Shown here: positions 11,600 through 24,296 of the stretch, in pieces
Layout: every line of letters starts with the position of its first letter
Position numbering within the stretch: the stretch's first letter is position 1
NCBI RefSeq assembly: GCF_020745735.1
Contig: NC_083406.1
Span: 103,641,164 to 103,705,163 of the forward strand
DNA from: Hemiscyllium ocellatum
Taxonomy: Eukaryota
Reading direction: 5' to 3'
DNA: 64,000 bases
Program-made: the position numbers and the translations under genes
The notes under the pieces: generated by a model
Databases searched by the model: none
What the model saw: only the letters and a program-made list of their open reading frames with translations
Told to the model about the DNA's origin: nothing

Positions 11600-12390
11600 A
11601 AAAAAACTGGAATAAATTGAAATTCCTGCAGAGGAGGACTAGAAAGATAGTGAAGACGGAGAAAATAAACTGAGGGCAAACTAGCGAGGAATGTAAAAAC
11701 TGACAGTAAGATCTTCTTTAAATATATAAAAAGGAAGAGAGGTCAAAATGAACAATAGGCCCCTCAGAAAATGAACAAAGAAATATGGTGGTGTTAAACG
11801 GAAATTTTGCATCAGTTTTTATGGTGGAAGATAATTTAAACATCACTTTATTAAAGATGATGGGGCAGGAATTAAGAACCATCACCATCACTGAGACAAA
11901 CTAATGGGGCTAAAAGCAGATAAGTTCCCTGACCCTGACACTTGCATTCTAGGATCCTTACAGAGGTAGCCACAGAGATGTGGATGCATTGGTTGCAATT
12001 TTCCTTAACGTCTTTGGATTCTGGAAAAGTGCCAGAAGATTGTTAAACTGTGAATGTGACACCCCTATTCAAACAGGAAGGGGGGGGGGGGCAAAAAGTG
12101 GATAACTATAGGCCATTTAGCTTAACATCTATTGTTGGAAAAATGCTGGAATCATTACTTAATCAAGCAGAATCAGCATGGCTTCATGAAAAGGAAATCA
12201 TGCCTAACCAATCTATTAGAGTTTTACAAGGAAGCTTCAACCAGAGTGGATAGAGGGGAACCAATAGATTCACTCTATTTGGACTTAAATGGCATTTGAC
12301 AAAGTATCTCACAAAAGATAAAGTTATAAGATAGAGCTCACAATGTTGGAGGTAATATATTGGCAAAGGGCAAGAAAGAGCAACTGGGGA
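11600..12390 (+). mobile_element. Decayed CR1 ORF2 fragment
   Basis: NVTPLFK...NYRPFSLTSIVGKMLES (ORF 12050..12253) and QHGFMK remnant. Confidence 0.8.
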
Positions 12391-13179
12391 TAAGGTCTTA
12401 TGATTTCAGGAGATGGTTCTTGAGCTGATCAGAATGCTGCTTCTTGGTCTTCCTTCACTGGAAGTTTTCATTGGTTTTCAAGAAGTAAAGGTGGCTGGTT
12501 CACACATATAAAATTTCTCATTTTTAACTGCAAGTCACAACTTAGAGCAACTGCAAAGATGAGGTGGTTTTCCTTACTTAAAGTGGCTTCATTGCAGAGA
12601 ACAGAGAAAGCTTCTGACGTGAAGGAGATCAGTTGGCTTCCCACTATTCTGTTCATAGTCCCAAGCTGCTGTTCAGGTCCCAGACAGCCAATCACATAAT
12701 TGATTACAGGCAGAAGACCTTCATCATTGATAACTGGTCACTCACCGATAGACCAATCAAATACTTGCTGCCAGCTGAATCATTATCTGTATACACATGT
12801 GGCTCCAGCTCATTTGCAAACTACTTTTCAACTACTGCTCAAACAATTAGCTGTGTAAATGATGCTTGCAATGAATGTCAGTCTACTTGTATTTAAAATT
12901 TGCAGCAATCCTTACTTTTTAAAGCCATTCTTTAATCCGCACTCATAAAAATAGAAAAATAAAAAGATGTAGTCTTTACGAGTGTGATAGGATGAATGTA
13001 AATATCATGTTTCCTCTGGGCGATGAGTGTAAAACCAGAAAACATAGTGCCATGAGTAATATATGCAAGACTGAGAGGCAGAGGAATTTTCGCATTCAGA
13101 GGTTACAGAAACTCAATCAGTGAGCATGATCAAGTCAAAAAATGAATAGATTTCTGGAGGCAAATGGCATCAGGAATTT

Positions 13180-14730
13180 CGAATCATAGAGTCCTACAGC
13201 ATACAGACAAATCCTTTGGCCCAAACTGATCCATGCTGACCAAAATGTCTACTAACACTAATCCCATTTCTCTGCACTTTGCCCATATCCTTCTAAACCT
13301 TTCCTATCCATGTATTTGCTCAAATGCCTTTTAAATGTTATTAATCCACCTCAACCACTTCCACTAGCAGCTCATTCCAAATACGTACCACACTGCGTGT
13401 AAAAAGGTTGTCCCTCAGGTTCCTTTTTATTCTTTCCCCTCTAACCTGATGACCTCTAGCCCTTGATTCCCCAAACCTGGGAAAAAGACTGAAAGCATTC
13501 ACCCTATCCATGTCTGTCAATGATCTTATACACTTGTATAAGATTCCCCCCTCAGTCTCCTATGCTCTAGCTTGTCCAACCTCTTCCTATAACTCAGACC
13601 ATTAAGTCCTGGCAACATCATTGTAAATTTCTTCGGCACTCTTTCCAGTTTAATAACATCCTTCCTTTAGCAAGGTGACCAAAACTGAACACAATATTCC
13701 AAGTGCAGCCTCACCAACGTCCTGTACAACTGCAACATAGGTTCCCAACTTCTATACTCAATGCCCTGACTGATGAAGGCCAGTGTGCCAAAAGCCTTCT
13801 TCACTGCCATCTACCTGTGACTCTATTTTCAGAGAACCTGAACTCCAAGGTCCCTTGGTTCAACTACACTTGATTAGATTAGATTACTTACTTAGTGTGG
13901 AAACAGGCCCTTCAGCCCAACAAGTCCACACCGAAACTCTGAAGAGCAACCCACCCAGACCCATTCCCCTACATTTACCCCTTCACCTAACTACGGCAAT
14001 TTAGCATTGGCCAATTCACTTAACCTGCACATTTTTGGACTGTGGGAGGAAACCGAAGCACCCAGAGGGACCGCACGCAGACACAGGGAGAATGTGCAAA
14101 CTCCACACAGACAATTGCCTGAGGCGGGAATTGAACCCGGATCTCTGGCACTGTGAAGCAGCAGTGCTAACCACTGTCCCACCATGCCGTCCACTTCTTA
14201 AAGCTTTATCATTCACCATAAAACTCCTACCTCGATTTGACTTTACAAAATGCAAGACTTATTAAATTCTGTTTGCCATTTCTCCTCCCACTTCCTCAGC
14301 TGAATAAGGTGTTGCTGCAATTCCTGACAACCTTTCTCACTGTCCACAATACCTCAAGCTTTAGTGTCATCTGCAAACTTACTAATCATGCCTTATACAT
14401 TCTCATCCAAATCGTTGATATATATAACAAACTGCAATGGGCCCAGCATTAACACCGGAGGCATTCCACTAGTCACAAGCCTCCAGTCCGACAAGAATCC
14501 TTCCACTATTACCCTCTGTTTCCTACTGTCAAACCAACTGGGTATCCAATTTGCCAACTCGCCCTGGATTCCATGCAATCTAATCTTCCAAAACAGCCTA
14601 CCACGTGGAACCTTATCAAAAGCCTTACTGAAATCTATTTAGACTACATCTACCATCCTGCCCTTGTCAACCTTCCTGGTCACTTCATCAAAGAACTCTT
14701 AACAAGTTTGTGAAGCATGATCTCTCATGA
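13180..14730 (-). mobile_element. CR1 (HER1-like) 3' fragment containing a nested SINE
   Basis: Tail near 13180-13190. HGIQGELANWI..RKQRV..LGPLQFVIYINDLD (ORF 14393..14578). Confidence 0.85.
13872..14191 (-). mobile_element. HE1-like V-SINE
   Basis: tRNA-like head (GGCATGGTGGGACAGTGGTTAGCAC..GGTTCAATTCC), V-domain TGTGTGGAGTTTGCACATTCTCCC and (AATCT)n tail. TSD CACTT at 13867-13871 and 14192-14196. Confidence 0.92.
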
Positions 14731-14869
14731 AATCATGTGCAGGAAAATGGCATAGACCAGCTACGATCTCATTGATGGTGAAGCAGGCTCAGAAGACCGA
14801 ATGTCTTGTTCCTGTTCTTAAGTGTCTAACATCACAATTATAAAACATTTATTCTTTTTTAAATTTTCC

Positions 14870-15162
14870 CAACATTTAATCCCTTCTTGCCTTTGTAATC
14901 CCGAGAGCTATGTGCCCTTCCAATTTGGTTGCTTCCACTTAAAACTTCCATTAAACCATATCTGGTAATTATGCTTTTAGCTGTCTAGGTCAAGCTCTAG
15001 TGAGCCCCAGCCCCTCTCTCTGGTTTAATGGTACTGCTCAAAGCCAACATTTTTGACCAAACTGTATCATCTGTCCAATTTCTTGTTATATAGGAAGCGT
15101 TGAATTTTGTTTGATATGCAGTTTAGTATATTAAAGCACCATTTATGTCTAAGTTGTTGTTA
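14870..15162 (+). mobile_element. Highly decayed L2-like 3' end
   Basis: Ends TTAAAGCACCATTTATGTCTAAGTTGTTGTT, resembling L2 tails. Recognised by eye only. Confidence 0.4.
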
Positions 15163-16094
15163 CAGCACCCTATTACCTGGTGATTTCAATACTTTAATAC
15201 ACAAGCAACCTCACATCTCTAATCATTTATATAATTAAGTTCACAGAAGAAATTAGCATTAGTCTTTGTTCGCATCAATACTTTATTTTTGATAAAAATG
15301 TATACCTTCTGGTAGGCCTTCGAATGTTTAAACACACAAACTGGTCAGATAATACTACCTGAATATTTGTTTCCCATTCCCCTTGCCCACCCCCCAACCA
15401 AAGAAAAACATAATTTAACCAGTTTTGCAGCTTGCATAGGAAGTGTGAGCGAGCAGGCTCACATGTGGAGACTTTAAGAATTCATTCAGTTTTTGTTTAA
15501 CCTATCATATGCTTTAACTGGAAAGGAGAGAATTTCATTAACCAAGACCAAGGAAACATAAATTGAAAATTAAAAGACAACTTCCTTCCCCTTTCCCCAT
15601 TCTCCCCACAGTCCCCTTCACTCAGGAATAAGTGCTGCCCAGTCCCTTCCAGATGGAATTCTCACTCTCCCTTCCCTCTCCTATGAGTACATTCATAGAC
15701 ACAATAGCTCAAGTAGGGAAAGACAGAAAGAAAATATTTATTAAAGATTCCTAATAAAAGGTTATGACCTGTAAAAAAATTGTCAGATCTATTGCTAATA
15801 AAGGAATGCACTTCATTGAAAGGTTTGATCAATATAAAATATACAATCTGATCTGGTATCTGGGTTCAATGATCAACCATTCACACAATAGAAAACGTTC
15901 TGCCACAATTGAGTAAACATTTAAAAACAAAGCAATTCTCCTCTTGGAAATATCCCTTAAATATCTCTGGGTGTGTAGATATCAGTATGTACTTATTTAC
16001 AAATCATACAAATGTTAAAGCTGCATTACACATCGTCAACACAGCAAAAGCAACCATAATATTTAGCAACTGTTTTATTAGATAATTGAATCTT

Positions 16095-16231
16095 CTACTG
16101 AACTCTGTACTTGTAGAACCAGCACAGTCCTTTCGTGAAGTTCCATCCCAGTCCCAGCGATAACAAGAACAAAAGGATGAGGAGGCCAAATGGATATAGT
16201 AGGGCAACTGTGTTCTTCAGAAATGGCAATG
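16095..16231 (-). CDS. UNC50: UNC50 coding exon 5 (last), 137 nt
   Basis: ttcttttag acceptor; (A)LPFLKNTVALLYPF...LGWNFTKGLCWFYKYRVQ*. The five exons sum to 280+121+140+102+137=780 nt, i.e. 259 aa plus stop. Confidence 0.96.
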
Positions 16232-16618
16232 CTAAAAGAAGAAAAATGCTAAATAAGTGCATGGCCACATAAGGGAGAAAGGAATTGAATATGCTGCTGG
16301 AGTCAAATGATGAAGGATAGGAGGCTTGTGTGCAGCACAACATCAACAAAGAATAGGTGGGCTGAAGGGCTTGTTTCTGAGCTGCAAAATAAATAGGTAG
16401 CTACATGAAATGAAAACTGTTCAAAGGAAAATAAACCATGTGGGTTATTATATGGACTAACTCCAGTCTATTTCTTGTAATTCAACAACAAATCATTATA
16501 TATTCAGCTAATAGCAGCTGCATACTTCATGTAAACTGGTCCAATTCCTCTCACAATAACTGAAGTCTTCAAACTCAGCTTGGTATAATCCAAATGGCTT
16601 GCTGCGGAGTGTGGATTA

Positions 16619-16915
16619 GGCACAGTGGTTAGCACTGCTGCCTCACAGCGCCTGAAGACCCGGGTTCAATTCCCGACTCAGGCGACTGACTGTGTGGAGT
16701 TTGCACGTTCTCCCCGTGTCTGCGTGGGTTTCCTCCGGGTGCTCCGGTTTCCTCCCACAGTCCAAAGATGTGCGGGTCAGGTGAATTGGCCATGCTAAAT
16801 TGCCCGTAGTGTTAGGTAAGGGGTAATGTAGGGGTATGGGTGGGTTTCGCTTCGGCGGGTCGGTGTGGACTTGTTGGGCCGAAGGGCCTGTTTCCACACT
16901 GTAAGTCTAATCTAA
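16619..16915 (+). mobile_element. HE1-like V-SINE in UNC50 intron
   Basis: GGCACAGTGGTTAGCACTGCTGCCTCAC head, V-domain and GTCTAATCTAA tail. Confidence 0.93.
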
Positions 16916-17239
16916 ACACATAAATCACTGCACAGCAGGACAGGATCATATGGATTAGGAAAGGCATTGTCCTGGGTGGATATTTTTACTAGTTCTTCTC
17001 AGAGCAAATATCAAAACAAGCAGTATTGTGTGACCTCTCCTGAAAAGCACAAGTGAATGTTAAGCAAAGACATGCTTGCCCAGCCTCCCATTCAGAGTTG
17101 AACTTTCAGTGAATGTCAGCGCCTGAGGACAATATTCTTAGATAATAACTAAGCAAAGGAATTAAACGTGGACAACCTAGCTCCTTTCATTTTGGGTTCA
17201 TAAAAAAGTTCATAAAACATTTTAAAACTTAATATTTAC

Positions 17240-17341
17240 CGCTATATCCAAGAAAAGTAATATAGATGTAATATCCAACGCCAACCAGCCAGAAGATGTT
17301 ACCAACAAAGTAAGCAAGAAACCCATCTCTGATGATAATGT
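17240..17341 (-). CDS. UNC50: UNC50 coding exon 4, 102 nt
   Basis: tttgcag acceptor and GTAAAT donor; HIIIRDGFLAYFVGNIFWLVGVGYYIYITFLGYS; phases match the neighbouring exons. Confidence 0.95.
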
Positions 17342-17594
17342 CTGCAAAGCAAATATTCAAGATTAATTACTTGCTTATATACAACTACAACCTTCACAAA
17401 ACGTTATAATCTTGGCTGCATTTGCAGCACAAACATCACTGTTACAATAACTGCATGAACAAACATTTGAGCAGCAACATACAGCAAGAAACTGGTCAGT
17501 TTAAGAAACAGGGCACCTTGGATTATTTTGTTTAATTCAGTAATGCAACCAAACCTAGTTATTTTATCAATAGATTCTGGCTCAGATTCCCTAA

Positions 17595-17790
17595 CAGTTA
17601 GCTCGGATGGCTGATTTGCATTGCAAAGCGATGCTAACAAAGTGGGTTCAATTCCCACACCGGTTGAGGTTACCATGAAGATCCCACCTTCTCAGACTTG
17701 TCCCTGACCTGATATTAAACTCACCACCAGTTGTCTCTCTAATGAGAGAGCAGACCAATGTTTTGCTGGAACTAAGGCAACTTTACTTTT
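17595..17790 (+). mobile_element. tRNA-head SINE (family unassigned)
   Basis: GTTAGCTCGGATGG A-box-like, GGGTTCAATTCC B-box, CTTTACTTTT tail. Confidence 0.55.
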
Positions 17791-18795
17791 CTACCCTGAA
17801 AAGACAATATTGAGTCTCTTCCTCCATTCTGCTATTGAACAATCTTTGATCAGAATTAACAGAGTATAGTGTGCAAGTGTAGTGATGATTTAACTGATCA
17901 TCATGACGTTTGAAATAAAAACTTAACTTTGAAAACGTAAGCCGAGATGGAGCAACTTTGGTAATCAAGATGATTTAGTGAAAATCGGAGCTAACAATTA
18001 TGGTGGTCTTCCCTCCCATGACACATGATTACTATCAATGACATCATTGCAATGAATAACATATTTATTGCAAATAAAGAACATAATCAGTGAACGCATC
18101 ATAGCTTAAATTTAGACAAAACCAATAAAGACCAATAGCGGTAATTTATTGCGACATTGTAAATATAGTAGAATGGAGTCTGGGCAAATGTCTGATTTAA
18201 AAATTTTCTATTCTTTTTCCACCATTTGGCTCCTTTTCTCCTGAATGACAGGTTTCGCCAAGCACTCTCCAGCACCATTTCCATAATCTGTTATAGAGTC
18301 TGAGCATCAGCCAAACTTACTGATCTCAGGAACATCACAACTGAGTCCAACACTGAACCAATGCCAGCATTTGTATACTTCCAGCGGTAATTGCTGGGTA
18401 GGAACTTGGTGTAGGACCTCAGTCCAATTTGTATCTTCATAACCAGTATTATTCAGCCCCCACTGTAGCACCTTTGCTGCTAGTGGGGCTGAGATTAACT
18501 CTGAAATTTGTAAAATACAGTTTCTCCCAAGATACATTTAAACAAATCAATAGCAAAGACTTGTGAGCAATTTCTAAAGAACTGTAGTGCAATTAAAGGT
18601 TGGGTGGTACCAGAATGCATATACCTACAGTAACATTAATTGTGCCACACTTAACTTCAAGACCGTACAATTCAAAAGTAAGTTTGGCCCTTCTCTTTTT
18701 TCAGTGTTTTAGGTACACAGAGGCAGGAACAACGATGAAGAATTTTAATGTGCTCAAAAAATTAACCTTTGTAAACAAGTAAATAGTACACTTAC

Positions 18796-18935
18796 GATTA
18801 ATAAAGAACAGTTGAATAAAATGCAAGATCACAAGGAGTGGATAGAAAGCATTCAGGTGAATGTCAAATGCGTATCCCCATTCCACATCATAGCCTTTAC
18901 TCTGAGGCTTCATCAAATATTTGTTGGTAATAAAC
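18796..18935 (-). CDS. UNC50: UNC50 coding exon 3, 140 nt
   Basis: gtttctag acceptor and GTAAGT donor; FITNKYLMKPQSKGYDVEWGYAFDIHLNAFYPLLVILHFIQLFFIN. Confidence 0.97.
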
Positions 18936-19090
18936 CTAGAAACAAAATATCACAGTGTACTCATAACAGAACAGCTGATTGGACTTTTATCAATGTTTTA
19001 ACATTAAGATGGTCCCAATACTTGAGGATAAACAAACAACTACTAAGACTAAGAACCATTTTACTTGAGGACCCTTGTGAAGAAAGTGAT

Positions 19091-19397
19091 GATTAGATTC
19101 CCTTAAGTGTGGAAACAGGCCCTTTGGCCGAACAAGTTTACACCGACCTTCCAAAGAGCAACCCACCCAGTCCCATTCCCCTACATTTACCCTTGACTAA
19201 TGCTCCTAGTACTATGGACAATTTAGCATGGCCAATTCACCTAACCTGCACATCTTTGGACTGCAGGAGGAAACCGGTGCACCCGGAGGAAACCCACGCA
19301 GAAACGGGGAGAATGTGCAAACTCCACACAGCCAGTTGCCCGAGACGGGAATTGAACCTGGGTCAGCAATGCTCATCACTGAGCCACCGTGCCACCC
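19091..19397 (-). mobile_element. HE1-like V-SINE with an internal deletion in the head
   Basis: V-domain and 3' GGCCAAAGGGCCTGTTTCCACAC tail. Confidence 0.9.
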
Positions 19398-20284
19398 CAT
19401 CATATTGAAGAAAAATAGAGGGGATTGGAAATTTATTCCAGAGTTTAAGGGCATGACAATCTAAGGATCAACATCAACAGTGGCACAACACAGAGGAAGA
19501 AATGGAAGGACACAGATTGGAGTCAAAGCAGAGGAGTTACAAACTGGGAGACAGGACTGGAAGAGGTTCAAAGTATGCACAGCATGTCAGGAAAGAATGT
19601 TCAGGTATAAAGTTTAAGTGTTGTCTGTGTATGTGTATATGTGTCTGACGGGGGCTTGCGGGGGGAAGAGAGAGACGGGGGAAGAGAAATAAATGACAAT
19701 ATCTGTACAGTTTTGTTCACACAGTGTGGAGTAGGAGGCAATTCAAGACAATGAAAAAAAAGAGTTGGGGAAGGGTAGGGAAGTTTAGAAGGTTTTGTTG
19801 TAGGGGACTTGAAAATTACAGTAACATCCCTGTTGTTTTACACAATGGGCCAAATGATCTTCTTCCAAACAGCAGCAATCTGTGAATCTGATTATCATGC
19901 AATCAAGAGCCAAAGAGGGGTAGATTGGTTCTCACAGCAAATGATAGACCAGTGGCAAAAGAACGAACAGAAATGAGGCCCTGCTTTTTAAAACTTCATC
20001 TATTTTTCTAATAAAGCTGTTCAAAGATGTTATTACACAACTCTAAAGCAGATGGGACTTGAACCTAGGCCTCCCAGTTAAGTGGAGGGAGACTATCATT
20101 ACTCCACAAGAGGGCCTAAAGTAGTATTTAACATTTAAGACAGTAGTTGCCATACATTTATTAAGTTACATTGCTCTTTGCTGAAAAGCACATGTTAATA
20201 AATTATTTTATTAGCATCAAATCAGGCTACCGTTGCCTGTTTATTCCTGGTGCAATTACTTAAATTAATATTGCTCCACATCTC

Positions 20285-20620
20285 TACTTCCTATCGGAAA
20301 GATGTTGTGAAACTTGAAAGGGTTCAGAAAAGATTTACAAGGATGTTGCCAGGTTTGGATGATCTAAGCTACAGGGAGAGGCTGAACAGGCTGGGGCTGT
20401 TTTCCCTGGAGCGTCAGAAGTTGAGGGGTGAAATTATAGAGGTTTACAAAATTATGAGGGGAATGGATAGGATAAATAGACAAAGTCTTTTCTCTGGGGT
20501 CGGGGAGTCCAGAACTAGAGGGCATAGGTTTAGGGTGAGAGGGGAAAGATATAAAAGAGACCTAAGGACGGGTTGGACCGAAGGGTCTGTTTCCATGCTG
20601 TACATTTCTATGATTCTATG
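20285..20620 (+). mobile_element. CR1 (HER1-like) 3' end with internal deletion
   Basis: KLERVQKRFTRMLPG...RTRGHRFRVRG (ORF 20250..20663) and TTCTATGATTCTATG tail. Confidence 0.9.
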
Positions 20621-20685
20621 TCTCCTGCACTCGATATGCCTAGTAGCAAGGGCAAGGTACTAAAATGAAATGTTTTAAATCTTAC

Positions 20686-20806
20686 CACATTAATGTTGCG
20701 ATCAGTAATCCAACTCCCACACAATCAATGAAGACAACCCAAAGTAAAAGCTTCATTGTTTCAAAAAATCCCATTCCTAATACAAATCCAAAACCTATGG
20801 TAGAGA
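20686..20806 (-). CDS. UNC50: UNC50 coding exon 2, 121 nt
   Basis: ctttctag acceptor and GTAAGA donor; VSTIGFGFVLGMGFFETMKLLLWVVFIDCVGVGLLIATLMW. Confidence 0.97.
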
Positions 20807-21303
20807 CTAGAAAGAACAAATAAAAACATTATTATACTGCATTCTTACAAATTTTCACCACAATGCATTGTTTCACAAATGTTTTTTAACCCAAGGACTA
20901 ATTTGCAACAGACATCATAAAGGTTGAACATTGAATCATGAAAATTATAGCACAGACAGGCCATTTGGCCACTCAAATCAGTAACTCAGTAAAATGCAAA
21001 TTATGAACAAACAACATATTTGTAGCAGTCCTTTGATCTTTTATTGTGCATGTTATTAGGAAATGAATGCATTGCAGAAGAGATTATTGAAGTTGAAACA
21101 ATGAAAGGGCCTAAAAGGGATTTAAATACACATTTGGAAAATTATAGGCAGGAGTACAGAATAAAAGTTGACACTGGAAATCAGACTGGATGAATAGATC
21201 TAATTTACATTGAGACTTCTAGAATTCCATACTAAGGGTACAGTAGCATAATGGATATGTTACTGGACCAATAACTAACAGTTTTGGACCAATAGCTCAG
21301 AGA

Positions 21304-21451
21304 TTGCAGTTGAAAATGTGTTGCTGGTTGAAGCATTTCCTATTTCCTATAGGAATTTCCTATTCCTTGGATGCTGCCTAACCTGCTGTGCTTTAACCAG
21401 TAACACATTTTCAACTGTGATCTCCAGCATCTGCAGACCTCATTTTTTACC
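21304..21451. mobile_element. Penelope-type inverted mini-element inserted in a tRNA-like head
   Basis: About 36-bp imperfect inverted arms (21300-21335 and 21389-21424), flanked by the direct repeat CCAATAGCTCAGAGA (21289-21303 and 21452-21466). Confidence 0.65.
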
Positions 21452-22019
21452 CCAATAGCTCAGAGACACAAGTTCAAATCCCCCTTAAACAGTTGAAGAA
21501 TTTAAATTTAAAATAAATTGTCTGAGGCCAATTTAAGATAGTTGAATAAGTATGTATTGGAGTTTATTTACATACATGTATACACAGAGGCCCTTTCTGT
21601 GCCATCAAAAGTGATATGTTTAAGCATTAATCTGAGCGACCTGGGAATCCTACAGTTCCCATTGCTTGTTCAATGATATTGGCTCAGCCAAACAGATTTT
21701 ATTTGCTAAACCATTAACACTTCATTCTTCTGTGGTATAAATGGTCATGATTGTTTGAAACCTGGCAATGTAGCATTAATGGCCTAATGCGCGAGAGAGG
21801 AAAAGCTTCAACATGTTTCTCTTTTCAGCAATGTTCAAGTTTTGTACAACTGTTTACAAAATTCTCAAACTAAACCTAAGAATTGTTTATGTTACTGTCA
21901 ATCTTAGAGTGACATTAGTCATGAATAATCATGCAACAGTCAGTATGTTCTACTTCACATCACAATTCATGTCCATTAATAGGGCGTCTTGCAATGGAAT
22001 TTTTTTTAAGGACACTCAC

Positions 22020-22299
22020 CACATAACCAGATACTGAGCAAAACTAGGAAAGCAGGGTCATCTCTGGCCCACTGGTCCTTTGTCTGTTTTCTGTAATGAA
22101 AATTTCTGTATACCATCTGTGGGGATGTAAACAGGTACAACATCTGCCACATGGCAAATTCAAAATCCATCTGCTTAAAACGAAAGAGCCGCCTGAGGTA
22201 TTTGTACCGCTTGGCTCCAGCTGTGTGTCGTGCAGCATCCCGGGAACTTAGTGCACCATTCCCTTGACTGATGGGACTATAACTTGTCGTTGGTAACAT
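22020..22299 (-). CDS. UNC50: UNC50 coding exon 1 (ATG at 22299), 280 nt
   Basis: MLPTTS...RDAARHTAGAKRYKYLRRLFRFKQMDFEFAMWQMLYLF...QWARDDPAFLVLLSIWLC; donor G|GTGAGT at 22020/22019; CAGCAG acceptor just upstream of the ATG. Confidence 0.98.
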
Positions 22300-23869
22300 A
22301 TCTGCTGCATAAAATAGCACAAAATCCAAATCAGAACATTTTTATATTACACTTCCAATCATCACTTTCCTGCACTGTTCAGTTTCCAAACATGTACACC
22401 AATTGCTAACCAATCTTCTGTTGCTTGGCAATAACATGTTTGCCTGAATTATTCTTATTTGTAAGAAATCTGCCATCAAACTGGTGAAGTGACTGTAATA
22501 CCTTGACTGACACTATATGTTTGCTGAATTTTGCTTTCATCACTTTTAACTTAAGCCAATAAATATCAAATCTGGATTGTGACTATATAGAAATGTACAT
22601 TCAATAATAACTATGTTAAAGTACCAGTATTAACACTGCATACATTACATTTGCAATATTTTAAAAAGCAATTTATTTTTCAACACAGCCAGATGGTGCA
22701 AAGCTGCAACAGCAGTGTATTCACTGAACCAACTGAATAGGTTAGTGAGGTCATTTCCACAAATCTGCAGTCAGAAATGTTGTTTAGGAGTGTAGGTCAG
22801 AGGACATCACAAAGCATCTTTTAACTGCTGATGGTACTCTTTCATTAATTCCTTTTAACATCTTGAAAGTTAGTTATCAAAAACAGGAGCACCCTTTGTT
22901 ATAAATTATTACTTGCAACCATTGCAAAGTTATTTTAAAAATTCCAGAATCTATTACCAGAATTTTTCCCAGCAAACTTGTTTAAGCTCAAAACAGAGCT
23001 TGAGCAAATGAAGCGAGCTACCCACTATGGCAAGTAGCGACAAAAAGGCTTCAGACTATAGTTTCCGAAAGATAGCCACCTCTCAAGTATACAACCTGAA
23101 GCAGAGAAGACAATCCTTAGAAATCATTACAAAGCAGTAAAATGGCCCCCATGTCCACATTTGCCTGCATATAACCAAAGCAATTCTTCAAAAGTATGTA
23201 ACGACATGAAATTTCTGAGGCATGCTGACATGACAAGTGCAAGCGTTAGCACATAACCAGCGGAGTCCCTGAAATGATCGACATTTTTCTGTTGAATAAC
23301 AACATATCATATTGAAAACATTTTTTTTTAAATCTCAGAAGTTTTGAAATTGATAGAATTGCATTTTGCTTTTTTTCCCTTCAAGTCTTCAATTCAGGTT
23401 AATTCCTCAACAAATTACCCTGTTCCATGCATACAGTAGACAATAACAAAGGTAGCAATGAATATCACAAAGATCACAAATATGATCTCAGACACAGCTT
23501 CCAACAGGTACTACTATTCAGCAACTGAAATGAACATCCTGCTCATTAGTTTTGCACTTCATCATAACAACAGAAATAAATAAAATTGAATGTGAACATC
23601 ATATAATCAACGATATTAATGCAGAAGGATGGCATTTGGCCAATTGTTCCTGATACAGCTTTCCAAATGAGGAATTCATTTATCGACATTCTCCCACCTT
23701 CTCCCTGTCAGCTAACACATCCACTGTAGGTGAATTTTCTACATATCATACACAGACAGAAAGATAAATGAAGAATGCTAGAAATGGCTGAAGAAAAATA
23801 GAATCTAATAACAAAATGAGAGAAAGATACAATACTATAGTCATATCATTACAGCAGACAGTAGACAGA

Positions 23870-23990
23870 TCCAAAGAAGGGTCACTGGTCACAAAACATA
23901 ACTCTAATTTTTCTTCACTGATTCTGCCATATCTGTTGAGCGTTTCCAGTCATTTCTGTTTATGTTTCTGATTCAAGCAACTGCAGTTCA
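23870..23990 (+). mobile_element. Decayed Penelope-type mini-element
   Basis: AAGAAGGGTCACTGGTCACAAAAC...CTGCCATATCTGTTGAG..TTTCCAG; same family as 40720-40812 and 50880-50982. Confidence 0.5.
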
Positions 23991-24148
23991 TTGAGTTCTG
24001 TTTTGTTTTAGACAGAGACAGTTTTTAAGAGGGTGAAGATCGACAGAACACATTAGAGGGAGGAATTGAGAAGAAAATGGATGGCACATACAATTCCACA
24101 TTTTATCTCTTATGAAATGTGTAAAGAGTAGGTACAGAGCAGAATTTA

Positions 24149-24296
24149 GGAGAAAGTGAGGACTGCAGATGCTGGAGATCAGATCTGAAAATATGTTGCT
24201 GGAAAAGCACAGCAGGTCAGGCAGCATCCAAGGAGCAGGAGAATCGACATTTCGGGCTTCAGGAATGACAACTCAGACAACTCTTCCCTGACAACT
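24149..24296 (-). mobile_element. Penelope-type mini-element
   Basis: CTGCAGATGCTGGAGATCAGA...GCTGGAAAAGCACAGCAGGTCAGGCAGCATCC...TCGACATTTCGGGC, flanked by CAGAG(C/T)AGAATTTA at 24135-24148 and 24297-24310. Confidence 0.65.

Noticed and set aside
1-15000. MGAT4A exons expected from human synteny beyond UNC50 (and INPP4A beyond COA5)
   Set aside because: No recognisable coding exons of either were found by eye in the window, so no call is made.
22300-22329. N-terminal extension MDFVLFYAAD of UNC50
   Set aside because: It starts at TTG and covers the intron acceptor region; the homologous start is the ATG at 22299.
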